A stretch of 64,000 nucleotides of DNA from Eledone cirrhosa (lineage: Eukaryota): positions 193,316,001 to 193,380,000 of the forward strand of contig OZ024742.1 in assembly GCA_964016885.1 (NCBI GenBank), in the 5' to 3' direction. The notes under the pieces are model-generated. The model did not search any database and was not told the DNA's origin. It worked only from the letters and a program-made list of their open reading frames with translations. Shown piece after piece: positions 1 through 13,462 of the stretch. Positions within the stretch are counted from its first letter, which is position 1. The number at the start of each line of letters is the position of its first letter. A program made the translations under genes and the position numbers.

Positions 1-3000
1 ACGTAGCCTGTCAACGTCCTCCATTTACCATGTTATTAAAAGAAAATGTCGTATGTTCAAGACATGTGTTTTTCATTATGCATTTCCTATTTACGTCGAT
101 GTTTTGGATGAGGCATTACGTTATATTCCCTGAAAAGGAACAATAGCGATATGTGTTGCCGTAATTCCCTTACATTTGATGATGAAACAGAACATTAAAA
201 TTTAAGAGCTTTTACGAGTTATTCTTTTAATACATTTTGATAAAGGATTCTTTAAAAACATCCTGTTCAATATTTAAAAGACGGTAAGTGATATATGGCT
301 ACTATTTCTAACAGGTTGTTCTACCATGTACATTTCACCTTCTTGCCTTGTCAAGTAGTGAAGGTTTCGAGGGTAAAAACAGAAAGAATGAAAACAAACA
401 AAAACACATTGATTGACACAGTCTATATGGAATCAGCATTCTTTCAACTCTTGATATATAATTGATATTTTTGCCTTCGTCAAGTGATTGAATCTCCCAC
501 CAATATACATTAGCGACATTTCATATTGATTGGAACTCTTCATTAACCTACAAAATGAAAAGAAAAGTAATACGTTGTTAGAATGTACTTCTGGCTTTGT
601 TTTGTTTGTTACATTTTGTAGTATTACGAGTATTATTTACATTAGCAGGTGATAACCTGGGATGAGTGATGAAGTTGGTCGTAATGATGCAGTTAAATGC
701 ACGAATAGCAATTAGTTAAGCAGCAATTGAGATTCTCCAACTCAATGTAATTGAAGATTATACTACAATTGACAGCCAACTTTCTTGTGGCTTCGTTTGT
801 GCGGTTCTACAGCCTTTAATAACAGTTAACCCATTCATTACTATATTTCTAATGAAACAGGCTGCATAAAATTTTCAAATCATTTTGAACGTAAATGCGA
901 ATTATGGAAACATTTAGTAAAATAACTAACTTCCTCCTTATTTAGTAGATACGTGTAAAACATATTTACTAGCATAAGTACTTTTAACACTTTCATTACT
1001 GTTTCAATTGAAAGACACAGTTCCTATAATTTTCAAAATATTTTGAATTTAATGAAGTATGTGGAAATATTTAGAACTACAACTAACTTTCTCATTATAA
1101 ATTTGGTATTTGGAACTCAACAAAGGTTCTGATATAAAATTATGATAGATTTGTTATGAATATATGCACTTTAGAGTAAACAGTTTTGTATCGTGGAACA
1201 AGGGCCAGCTTCCGACGGTTTAGTGCCAAGAGATCACTTGATATCTAAAGTAGGTTTTTAGGATAAATAATAAATAAATTGAATTAAAAAATGAAAGCCA
1301 TAGTCCTAGTAAAAACACAAACAATCAAACAAAAGCAAGAAAAATATAAAAAGATTAATATTGATCATCCTGAAAATATAAATAATAATGAAACTGCTGA
1401 AATTACAACAATTTATCAAATTAATTATGTTGATAAAGCTGTAAAGTTATCTGTACTATGACCCCTGCCTCAGCAAACAATACCATCGGCTGCATCAGTA
1501 ACAGCAGCAACACACCACGTCCTACCATACCACTCTCATGAACATCATCATTATCATATCATTACCACCATTACCACAACACCATTAACATCCGTAACAC
1601 CATTACCACCATCACAATCATTAATACGCCCACTAGCATTAACACCATTACTATTATGTGTTACAGTAATTTCATTAGAGAATAATACGTTGTGTTTGTA
1701 GTGAATCTGACAGATTTTCATTACTAAGAATCTCATTAGAGGAACGCAGCTGTAAGAAAGACTAATTATTTCGACTATTCCTCCTCTTCCCCACTCATAC
1801 GATAATTTCATGGGCATAATAGGAAATCTATTACCGGAGATTATATCCTTTCATCGTTGCAATTTTTCCCATGTCTTATTTTTCAACTGATATCTATATG
1901 TCGCAGGAATAATTACAAATCTTTATCAATTCTGTGATTAAGAATGTGAAATGAAAACTACTTATTAAAAATGAAACAATCACAAGAAACGGATTTGATT
2001 GCGGAAAAAAATGTAGGAAGATATGAAAATAAAAACAACGTGGTATATACTTGGAAAACAAAGCTCATCTCCTTACTTCCATAGATATATGGCATAGTTT
2101 AGTATAGTAATAATACAAAAGATTCTTAACGCTAGAATAATTCATTAGTCGAACTAACTCTTACGAATGCATTGTAATGCAAATACATCTATCCGGTTTA
2201 ATTACGCTTTTATAGCCAGTGACTCTGTAAACATGTTATCAGTGTAGACTCGATCAGTGTTGAAATCACAGTACAAGATTGAAAATATTTTGAATGCAAG
2301 TAATTCTTTCTTTGTCCATCACCATATTCTATATACAGACGACGTTTTTACATCTATCTATCCAAGCAGTGTTCTATTTTCTTTGGCATGTATGAACCCG
2401 TAATTCCGATTTCTCTTAGAGGAGGAGTGTAAGAGAGAGGAAGTGTGAAAGAGATATAAAGGAATAAGCGACACCAATACTAGACTGGTACTTAATTTTA
2501 TTGACCTCGAAATATTGAAAGTCAAAGTTGAATTCGGTTGGATTTGAAATTAGAGAGCGCAGCAAGCCAAAACAATTACTACAAATAATTCTATCCGACA
2601 TTCTAATAATTCTGCCAATCCATGCTCTATTTTCTATAGTACCGCACACCAATTCCAGGGCGGATAAATATGTCAAAAACCTATGATATTTTGATGGTAT
2701 GCCTGGCAATTAGATTCATTATTCAACGCCGTAGTAGGTCTGTAGTTGTTTATGTGTTGTCATAAAAACAGAGGTAATCTGGGATAAGGGAAAATAGAGA
2801 AGACAAAGTAAGAAATTGTAGACGAGTTTTATGTTCAATTCCTGAAACACAAAATAGTGAAACGTGACCAAAATTCACATACTTTGCAGGACAGCATAAT
2901 TCGGCTGCCCATATTGGACAAGTTGCTGAAGGCGTCGGCGCGAATAACAACCAGTGATATTGGATGCATCTCGGAACACTTTTCTCAGGTGTGAAGCTTG

Positions 3001-5270
3001 GTGATAGCATCAGGATTTGTCAGCGAAATATGGCCGCACGTTGATGAAGAATGAGAAACGACAAAAAAGGAAACTCCTATAATACTTGGCATTTGTGAAT
3101 TTTAAATCATCCATCCATATCTGTTGCATCATCTATGATTACTTCCGGAGCCGTCTTCGTGAGGGAGATGAACTCATGCTGATTTTGACGAAAGAAAATA
3201 GTAGTCCAGGTACTGAATCTCCCAGAGCCAAAAAAGAATCGGTTGTTTATGTGCAATGAATTTCAATACCGCAACAAAATCCGAATGAAAATATGGAAAG
3301 AAAATGGCCGAAAACAAAAATAAATTTACATCAATTATATCTGTAAAACAATACATCTTCATTGGCATCTTTAATACCTTGTGTTCTTTTCAGGCACAAT
3401 TTCACTAATTATTCCAGAAGACTTTAGAAGAAAAATAAACTATAAAAAGTTGAAAACTCAGGGGTTTTTTCAAATGAGAAAATTTCTGAATGTGTTTTGG
3501 GTGTGAGTAAATCTGATTATTTGAGATAACATTTAGTGGGTTGACTTGGGAGAAGTAGTACCGACTTCGATCGAGATAATTTATTGTATCGCATCTCATG
3601 ATTTAAATAGCGATAAGGTTGATAATTTGTGTTATTACTCTGGGGTCTATAAAACACATAACAAGATGTAAATTGTCAAATACTGATTTTAAGAATCCTG
3701 GTGGCAACATATGCCTTCACACATACAAACTCACAATCAAACACACATATGTACAAAGATGGACACGCATGAACATAAAAGCATACACAATGTCAGAATA
3801 CATTACAAAATCACACGCTCTAGCAATCTAACACAAAGTCAAACATTCACAATAGCACACATAATAGCACGCGCCGACACACAACACACAAATTCGTACG
3901 CACACAAACAAACGCACATAAAGGGAGGCAATTACATACACACAAAAACATATGCTTCACCTGAGCCTCTCACTAAATTATATAACATTAAAAATCATTA
4001 TTGACAATTGATCAGAACACCAGTGAAAATATTAACAAAAGTATTTCAACATATTTCCTTAATATTATCGTAATAGAGAACATTGATTTCCAATTATCTG
4101 TGCAAAACACTTCAAAATGTGAAATAAACCTTGCTCATGACCTTATGCTAGTGCGCAACCGAACTTCTGGCATCCTTAGATCAAGGCTGGTGTCACATTA
4201 TTCATTTTGTCGGACGACATTTTGCTTGAATTATTTTAGTCGAAAACACAAACCCTACATCTATAACACTGGGAGACACAACTTTGGTGACTTTGATGTT
4301 AGAAATGTTTTGGGGTATACTGAGGTCACTGATGCTAGAACTTACAATCGTAATTGATATATAAACTTAAGAAAATTAACAGAGAAAACAAGATCACGGA
4401 CGGAAATAAGGCAAACAGAAAAATAATGTTTTAAGGGGAAACCTTAAAAAAATATTTTTTCAAAATAAAAATACAAACAAAGGAGACAGAACTCCTGTTC
4501 GACCCCTACCATCGGTATCGCTGGTCCACCCGAACCCACAGCGTCTGACATTAGTCAAACTTCTTTCCAGTGGGATAAGAGACGAGAGACAAAACATTAA
4601 TTTATAGCGATTAAAATACAAGTACATATAGAATTTTATGTGACGTCAGTGGAAAAGTGTGGTTCCTCTTATAGCACGAGAGTCCCATGAATGAAACAAA
4701 GGAAAAAGGGAAGAAAAAAGAAAGCAAGAAGAAAGTAACATATACTGTTAAAAGTGTAAGCCCCTGCAATAAATGAGAGAGACGAGATAACACGTACGTC
4801 ACATCAGTATTGGTAATCTTAAGAAAATGAACAGATAGGACAAGACAACGAACGAAAATAAGACGAAATGAAAAACATTTTTTTTTAAGGGGAAACGTTT
4901 ATCAGCGGCTGAAAGACCAATGAAAACATTGTTGCCTGATCCGGTTTAAGGATGAGCTGACTTCCTTTTATTTCTGAAATATTCAACGACACAGGCGAAA
5001 AGAATTGAAAAACATAAATTGGATACCGAAGATATATTAATAGCCTGGTGGGTTCGATATATTAATGAACTAATCATACATATTTATTTCTACTTGAATC
5101 AGATTCAAGAGGTATAGAAAAGAATAGTAATGGAATTCCTTAGAGTTCGACGATGAGTGTCCCATTAGTTCAATCCACAGAACAGCCTTCCAATGAATTT
5201 CTTAGGAACAATCCTTGTTACGAGATTCCAAACAGTTTCCATTTACCCAATTTCACTTATAAGATATAAC

Positions 5271-5479
5271 AATGATTTCTAGTATAAGCACAAGGCCAGT
5301 AATTTGTGGGTAAGGTAATGTCGATTAAATCGACCCCAGTGCATTACTGGTGCTTTATTTTATCGACCCCATGGGTATGAAAGGTAAAGTTAAGTTTAGC
5401 GGGATTTGAACTCAGATCGTAAAGAGCCGTAACTCTTTGCTACAAAGCATGGTGTCCGACTCTCTACCCATCCACCGCC
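5271..5479 (-). mobile_element. tRNA-derived SINE (octopus-type, Meta-like core), diverged
   Basis: Reverse complement matches the window consensus GGCGGTGGA..GAGTTCAAATCCC..CTTTCAT..GGGGTCGATAAAATAAAG.ACCAG..GGCCTTGTGC. Confidence 0.85.
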
Positions 5480-6053
5480 CTAAAAATGATTTCCACTATA
5501 AGATATAACATAATGAGATCGAATCTGGGACCCTATAATTGCGAAGCGAACTACATAATCTTTCGGTCAGAGTGCGTCAATAAGAGGTATAATATATTAT
5601 TAATGTTATCATAAATGTTTGTTTCAGTTTCTAACAGACTTCGGAGATATATTTCATAGGTCTAACACTTAAATATGAAATGATCATAAATCTGCCAAAC
5701 GAATAATTGTAACTCTTGTTTATAGCCAAATATTGTCGGGCATGAATGTTATTGGTTTTGACATATATTGACAAATATAATATTATAGTATTAATGGATT
5801 TTGGCAAAAGTGGATGGCCTCCGGGAAAAAACGACATTGTCCAATTCAGTTAATTAAAAGTTGAAACTCGTTTCATCGAAAATGACGAAGATTCCCTCTA
5901 TTCCGTTCCACGGCGTGTAATCTATTTCACCCATTAGTGCCTTAGTAACAAGCTTGTAGAGCTTCACACAACATGTGATTCTGATATGGTGGTGTATCTT
6001 TAGCTAACGAAATATCCAAGAATTAACTAAATGCATAATATGAAACCCCCTCG

Positions 6054-6090
<37 letters not shown>

Positions 6091-6095
<5 letters not shown>

Positions 6096-7082
6096 AAGAA
6101 TGAAGAGTAACATGGTTGGCTGTACAATAAGAGACTTATTTAAAGTACTGACAATTGTTTGTTTCGTTGATCATGTGAGTCTAGATTTCGCTAATCGCTT
6201 GATCTTGCGTTATTCGATCTCCAATACATTATTCACCTATGGTCAACACATGAGAGCATGTAGATATGAAAATAATTCACTCAAGGGAAGATTTATATAG
6301 AGAAATAGCGTATAATTAAAACAATAACATCAATAATAATACGTGTATGGTAAATTGGTAGAGAAGTTACAGATGTAAAAAGTAAAAGTAGAGTAAAAGA
6401 GAGGGTGCATAAAAAAGTAAGAAAATGAGAGAATGGAAAATATAAAGAGATAAATAAATAAATAAGTGAGATCGTGTAAGTACATAGTCGTAATTTTTGA
6501 GTAAGTGTTCTTTGATCGGAAGCTAGGTTTGAGATGTACATAGATACGTGTAGAGGGTCCGACAATAAATTAGAGATTAATTGCTGGATGTATGTATGAT
6601 ATTTATGGGCTAAGGATGACGGGACATTTGATAAACGCTTATTGTAAATGTCTTGTTGATTGTTCTATCTTAATGGGGTAGATGGAGAGAGGGTGAAAGC
6701 AGTGTACAGAGATTTATGATCCAGTGGCTGGTTGGCAGTTTGAAAGCTAATAGCAGTGCGATGGTGTGTATTCTATATGTTAAAATCTAGGTGGTTCAGT
6801 ACTAATTTAGGGATTGGTGGTTCAATTCATGGTGGTTTAAAGTTTGTGAATCTAGTAGCTATTTTATGTCTACAGAAAGTAGACCTTTCTATTTTGCTGT
6901 TAAGCAGCACCCCATCGTACCTTAAAATATGTAGTAGTTCTAAATTACAAAGCCCGCAATGGGACGTGCCGTTGCTGTAGGCTTTCGCTACCGATAATTT
7001 TGACCAGCTAATCTTATATTCTAGGTTTCTGTCCTTAAATTGCCAGGTTTATTAGCGATAAAATCTGGCAACTTAAGGACAG
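6091..7082 (-). mobile_element. Penelope-like (Naiad-type) 3' fragment: GIY-YIG C-terminus, 3' UTR and degenerate hammerhead
   Basis: Minus 7045-6860 reads WQFKDRNLEYKISWSKLSVAKAYSNGTSHCGLCNLELLHILRYDGVLLNSKIERSTFCRHK, homologous to the C-terminus of the 39802-41886 ORF; ends at (TA)n near 6090. Confidence 0.85.
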
Positions 7083-8359
7083 TAAGCATTAGTTAGTTGT
7101 GGGGTGGGCCAAGGGGGTCGGCCGGTGAAAAGAAGGAGTGCGTTAGTGGTGTTAGTGCGGGATGTGTGGGTGGTCGAAGGCTAAATGAATAGTGGTACGG
7201 AGTTCAGGCCGGGGTGTGTGTCTGTCTATAGTTGGAAGATGGTGCGTTGTTTGACCGTGAGGCGGGTGGCGGGTGTTCCATGGTATTGGAGTAGGCTACC
7301 GAGTGTGAGGTGGTGGGCGGAATGTCCAGGAAAGACAAAGTGGCGGGCGATGGGGAACTGCCGCCGAGACGATATATATAACAACCTATATAAAAACAAA
7401 TAGTAGAAAGGAAAAAGATTATTTCAGTAGAAAATGTTGAAAACATATTTTTCAGTGGGATATCAAAACATTAATTTATTTACAATAACGGTTTCAGCAT
7501 TAAATACATTGTCAATTGCAAATATGCAGAATATTGTTAAGTTGCATATTTGTACACATAGTGAAAATAATAGTGATAGTGAAGAAAATGGAAATAAACG
7601 GGGAAGAAAAATAAATTTTCACATACATGTTAATTCAGAGAAGAGAGGTCATTTCTCTGTCCATCCAACTCTGTTTGGTTGTGATAGGTAGAAGTAGAGG
7701 GGGAGAGAGGAGGGGAGAGGAAAAGAGGAAGGAGGAGTGTTGGCAGACTGCTGTAAGGAGCCCTTTGACGAGTGGATGCAAGTTCCAGCTGGGATTGGTT
7801 TGAATGACCGGGTGACCTTAGAGTTGACCGGGGGGGGGGGGGGTGTTCTTCTAAAATTATCTATTTTAGTATTTTTTCTTAGAACAAATAATCAATATTG
7901 ACCTTGTTTTCTTTTGCCACAAAGGTTAAGAGTTACTAATTCCACCCCTAGCAGAAATTTCTTGTGTGGAGTGTGTGTGTGTGTGTGTGGGGGGGGGGGG
8001 GGTTGTTATTGTTAATAAAAACATCTATCTTGGTATTTTTTCTTCTTAGAAGGAAACATCAGCATTGACCTTGTTTTTTTGCCACAAAGAAGTTTGAGGG
8101 TTATTAAAATACTAATTCCATCCCTAGTATAAACTTCAGATTTAGCGGAATGGAGAAAATTGTGCCACAAAAAGGCGTTCAGAGCCATTGGAATCTCCAT
8201 TATATCTTCAGCAGAAACTTCCAGATTCAGGGGAATATAAAGCATTTAGTTTGACACCTGAATGCTTCGATATATCCGATTACCTTCGTGGAAGTCCTCC
8301 AGGACTAGCTGATTTGGGTGTTTCTATGTGGTTGCTTGGTCTGCATTATATGGTTGTCA

Positions 8360-8541
8360 GGTGATTTGGCAGTATCGGTAGAGGGTTGGACGCCATGTTT
8401 TCTATCATATTTACGTCCCTTTACGGTCTGAGTTCAATTCCCGTCGTGGTTAACTTTGCCTTACATCCTTACGGGGTCGATAAAATAAAGTACCCGTAAT
8501 GTACTGGATAATTGCTGGCGTTCGTGCCAAAAGTAGAAACA
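8360..8541 (+). mobile_element. tRNA-derived SINE with 9-bp TSD
   Basis: A/B-box head (TGGCAGTATCGG, GAGTTCAATTCCC); flanked by ATGGTTGTC at 8350-8358 and 8542-8550. Confidence 0.9.
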
Positions 8542-8669
8542 ATGGTTGTCCGAGATTGCTGGAATCTTGGAGAAGGGTACATTGCTAAAGGGTTAATTTG
8601 TCTAGGGTGTTGATTTTAAAGTGTGCCAGCAGCTTTAGTTTAGTCTGAATTAGTTTAGTCCGAAGTGGA

Positions 8670-9000
8670 ATCATATAGAAGGGGGTTCGTATTTGGTGAT
8701 AAATTGTTATTCATTGCTAATGCGCTGGATGTAGGAAGCGTTGTCTTTAAATTTGTAGATGGGGAAAATTCTAAAATTGGGCTGTTGATTAGATGCGCAG
8801 GACGTGATGTGTTCACTCAAGTGCTATATTTCTCTATTCCCGTATTTTGATTTGGGATCTATGGACGGTTATACGTTGTCGGGGGCTTCTTTTGGTCTGT
8901 CCTATGTAGTGCTATCGACAACCTGAGCAGGTCAATTCATAGAACAGGTTTTCTGATGCACATGTGAAATTGTGTTTAACTATAAAGTGTTGTCCTTGAT
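8670..9000 (-). pseudogene. Penelope-like (Neptune/Penelope-type) GIY-YIG endonuclease remnant
   Basis: Minus strand reads GQHFIVKHNFTCASENLFYELTCSGCR*HYIGQTKRSPRQRITVHRSQIK, with stops and a frameshift. Confidence 0.8.
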
Positions 9001-9185
9001 TGAAGTGGAACTCCGATCTCTCTATTAAATTGGTTCATATTGGTTCATATTGGGTCTTCCACATTTTTTTTTCAAACCCAAATCAATAAAAATCATCCTC
9101 ACACAGGCCAACATCCGGCCGACCTCCACAAAGAACCGCACAGTGTGTGTGTGTGTGTGTTTGTGTGTGTGTTTGTGTGTGTGTT

Positions 9186-9227
<42 letters not shown>

Positions 9228-9651
9228 TGTGTGTGTGTGTATTTGTGTGTGTATGTGAGTGTGTGCGTGTTTGTGCCTGTTTGTTTATGTTTTCTTGTAC
9301 TTCTTATAACTGAAGAGGGCCCCAAACAGCCTTCGTAGAAAATCATTGAATCTAGTAAAATAATCATAAGATATATATGTATGTGTTTGTTAATCGCTCT
9401 TTTCTTTTGATTTTAACCATACCATTATATCTGACTCAAATAAAATTTAGTTTCTATCGTTTCTGCAGTTTTCTGTTTTACTTTTTAGTCTCGTCTGTCT
9501 CTTGTTCCAGTCTCTTTTCTGAAAATCCTCTCTCTTTCCTCTCTTATTCTATTTCCTGGTGAAGTACAAGCATCCTAAACGTTTAGGCTATATTTTTTAT
9601 CTCTTCAAGTGCTTTCGAGTTTTAGTATATATACTAGAGTTTTAGTATATA

Positions 9652-10276
9652 TACTAGACACCCGTTCACTTCAAAATATTTTTAAAAATCATGTTCACTT
9701 AAAAAGAATTTTTAAATAATCAAAATATACACAGACATGTATCTAATGTGAAATGAAACTGGAAGACCCATATGTATGTGTGTATGTATATATATATAAC
9801 GTATGTGTTTGTATACATACACACATATATATATATGTGTGTGTGTGTATGTGTGTGTATATATATATGTGTATGTGTGTGTATATATATATATATGGGT
9901 GTCTGTGATCTCTATACACTAGTCATAGACACGCTCACATATATAAATATATATATATATTATACACAACTCCACCAGCTCTCTCTCTAACTTCCATTCT
10001 CCTTCTCTCTATGTTTCTCTCTCAATCTACTCTCTCACAACCACTATCTCTTTCTCTCTATCATTTTCTCTCTCTCGCTGTTGATGAAGTTACCCAGAAA
10101 AACTCCATATCTCGGGAACCCTGGTACGATTGATGAAAAACTTGTTTTATTCCATTTGTATCCCCATTTCAGGGTCAACTTCCCTTCAAAGTAATTTCCC
10201 ATTATGCGCCCTTTTGGCTGTATTACATTACAGAGACGGAAGGAAGCAAGTAAGCTATCACAGAATTTTAGTACTA
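9652..10276 (+). mobile_element. Helentron-associated (HINE/DINE-1-like) non-autonomous element
   Basis: Starts TACTAGACACCCG, has internal microsatellites and ends AGAATTTTAGTACTA; called on architecture only. Confidence 0.45.
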
Positions 10277-11656
10277 TCTATTCTATAAATCTGACGGCCG
10301 TATGTAGGTAACAAACTTTCCGCCAAACGGCTAGACCAAACAGACCCAAATTTACAACATAGATGTAACTTTTTCCAAGTAAAAAAGTGAGGGTATTTTT
10401 GTCTACTGAATTTTGTTAAAAGACTAAAGACATTATTTAAATATTCACTTCTTTAAAATTTCAAATGTCAACACTTCCGGTTATACGTCATTCCTCACTT
10501 TGTCTTATGACGTCGCACAACATTCCCCTCTTTTTCATATTCTGTCTTTTTAGGTAGATACCTAGTTATAACATAGCGCGCTTATAATATGTCTCTCTAT
10601 GTCTGACTGCCTGCATTATATAACGTTTTTAGAATTATTTGCTTCTGCGTTCACAGACGGATTTTTTTAGTTTCAGAAGATCCCTTTAAGGGTGAAAGCA
10701 GCGATTCTTTGCTTAAATTTTAATCTGTTATTTTAATTTATATATTCGTGTACAGATATTTTTCCATACACAGAAACAAAAACCTATTTATTTCAGGAAA
10801 GCACAGACGGCTTATCGTCATTGTTACTGTTCGAGATTAAAGGACCACAGTCTTTCCAAGATCTGTGAACCATCAACCGCCATCAATGTTCCACTTACCG
10901 TTTGGCTTCACAGTGCAAGAAGCAACAACTGCTAAAGTCCCTTCTCAGATGCGAAAACATTTTGCTATTATGCTGCACAACTGTGATCTCGCCGACCCTC
11001 TCACACTGTGGAACAACCACGGTGTCTAGCTGAGGACATCCTCCACCGCACACACGGACACAATCCAAACGTAACATATGATGTCGTTTTCAATGAGGCG
11101 CTCATTTGTCTTGAAAACAGTGTCCTGGAGATTGGTGGTAGACCTCTAAGTCACTGCATCTTACCTGCTCCTGACAGGAGTGTCCAGGGGTCAACGTCTA
11201 CAGAGATTCTTCGTGAGACGAGCTACTAAATCAGTGATTATCCCATGGTCAATTGTATGTAGGATAATCTAGGGTTAGCTCGCCAAACAATCTCTTCATC
11301 TTTGCTCCGGAGGGCCGAACAAAAGATATTGTATACTCTGATGCTCTAACAATGTAATTTAAATATTTTCTGTTACTTGGAATTTCCATTACGGTTGTAC
11401 AAATTATTGTTGGTTAAAAGATGTGTTCTCTGTTCAGACTTTAATGTTGTAACTAACAATTTTCTTTAAAGTAGTGGCTGCTTAACTGGGGAAACCTAAA
11501 CACTATTCAAACGCAACATCAGAGCACGTTAACCCCTCCCCCCACTCGCCGACTTGAGAGGGCGTGCGGTATCTTTGCACTGGAGTGTAGGTGGGATTCC
11601 TCAAAAGATAAAATGCCGGTATACCTATCCGGGCGCCAGCCGGACGGGTCAGCTAG
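10277..11656 (+). mobile_element. Helitron internal-deletion derivative
   Basis: 5' TC; 3' hairpin CCGGGCGCCAGCCGG + CTAG; A|T target; RepHel fragments LLLFEIKGPQSFQDL, LAEDILHR..NEALICLE..LPAPDR and SHGQLYVG*SRVSSPNNLFIFAPEGRTKDIVY (Pif1 helicase motif VI). Confidence 0.9.
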
Positions 11657-12330
11657 TATATATATATATAGTTATATATATATATATATATATATATCGT
11701 GAATCCTATAAAAAGTGGCAGGATAATTAATAGATGTACGATTCAATACTGCAAGTGCTATAAAGTTTATTCAAATCGGGGCATGTCACTTAGTAATAAA
11801 TCGCTCTCTATATATATATAATAAGAAATGGAGAAAGAAATGGTCAGAGAGTGATTATTCAACAGAGACATAGTGTTGTAGTACCTGCATAGCAGAGAAT
11901 TACTAGCGTATATTCGTAAAATATTTTGGGGTTATAGAAATTTTGAGAGAGATTAAAGAAGCATAATTTATTGAAAATAAATTCTGCAGGAAGTTAACGA
12001 AGAGTGAAAAGAAAATATTGACACCAGAAGATATTAAAATATTAATGAGACAAGAAAGGAGATGAATGGACCTTACATGTTGTACCATGTCACATAAACA
12101 GATACTGCACACGCAAAACAATTGCAATAACAACCATGCTTCAACTGTTGTGACATTTTAACTCAGGTGCAGGACATTTCCTACCACACGCATGAGCCTC
12201 CTTGGCCAATGCTAACCACGTGACCAACACATCGATATTATACCCATATAGTCTCTGCACATGTATTTCAAAACGCTTCGGTTCAGTAATAATATTAAAG
12301 AAATAATAATGAAATAGGAAACAACCTTAA

Positions 12331-12503
12331 TAATTGTTTCTATTTTTGGCACAAGGCCAGCAATTATTCCAGTGTATTACTGGTACTTTATTTTATCGAC
12401 CCCGTAAGGATGAAAGGCAAAGTTAACCTCGGCGAGAGGTTACATCCCTTTACGGACTGAGTTCAAATCCCGCCGAGGTTAACTTTGCCTTTCATCCTTA
12501 CAG
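12331..12503. mobile_element. SINE fragments in inverted arrangement
   Basis: Minus-strand 3' half 12331-12434 followed by plus-strand internal piece ~12438-12503. Confidence 0.8.
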
Positions 12504-12801
12504 GATCTTCTGAAGAGTTTCAGAAACCCCGTAAAAGGGTGAAAACACCGATTTATTGCTTAAACTTTAATAAATATTTCTCTTTGATGTATGGGTGTTT
12601 TATATACATACATTTGTATATATACATAGTTTATTTTGATCATGCTTTTATATTTAATTGTATTTCATTCCTTGTATTTTGATCATGCTTTATTTTTATT
12701 TTTATTTTTATTTTTAATTTCATTCGCACCGTTTCCGTTCGCTATATGTCTCTCCACCACTCCCCTACACACCCTTTGAACTCTGTTCCCACACACTTCT
12801 C

Positions 12802-12833
12802 ACCTGAGGAAGGGCTTATGCCCGAAACGTCGT
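12802..12833 (+). ncRNA. Minimal hammerhead-like motif in a Penelope-type 3' tail
   Basis: CTGAGGA-A-GGGC-TTAT-GCCC-GAAAC-GTC, followed by AATAAA and a pyrimidine tail into (TA)n; stem I weak. Confidence 0.55.
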
Positions 12834-12921
12834 TCCCCACCACCACCCCACTCTCCAGAGCGTGAAATTAATAAACATTCGTTGTACTGCCTCTCTGTTT
12901 TGTTCCTGTTCAAATTTTTCC

Positions 12922-12956
<35 letters not shown>

Positions 12957-12961
<5 letters not shown>

Positions 12962-13375
12962 AATAAGATAACAAGGACGATTGGTTACTCCTTCATTACG
13001 TTTACTGGTTGGTGACCCGCGTTTCGCCACTGATCAGTTCAAGGTTCGAACTGTATCAATCTGGCCCGACTCTGTAATCCCCGGCTCGTCATACCCTTGT
13101 AATGTTAATTTTTTCCATTAACATTATAAGGGCTCTGACCAACCGCGTATTAGGGAATCGGGTTAGATCGATGCAGATCGAACCTCCAGCTGATCAGTGG
13201 CGAAGACGCGCGTCACCAACCAATAAACGTAATGAAGGATTAACCAATCGTTCTTGTTATCTTATTTCACTATAATACACTCTATCTAGCTCTACATCTC
13301 GACACTGAAGTGAACCTAAACATCGAGTGCTCACCCGGGTGAACCTACAGTAACTTCAAGTAACATTTCCGGGAA

Positions 13376-13377
<2 letters not shown>
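12957..13377. mobile_element. Fold-back mini-element (PLE-derived) with degenerate hammerheads on both strands
   Basis: Inverted arms 12957-~13110 and ~13115-13272, then a unique tail, all between (TA)n; GGCGAAACGCGGGTC-type 3' half of a hammerhead in each arm. Confidence 0.7.

Positions 13378-13462
<85 letters not shown>

Noticed and set aside
2590-3180. Moderately GC-rich stretch with possible splice sites (host exon?)
   Set aside because: No recognisable protein in any frame; cannot support without transcript data.
9310-9370. CTGAAGA-GGGC..GCCT hammerhead-like start
   Set aside because: GAAA, stem III and stem I cannot be placed convincingly.
12510-12552. CTGAAGA..GAAA motif
   Set aside because: No stem I or III; similar sequence at 10670-10720 lacks the core.
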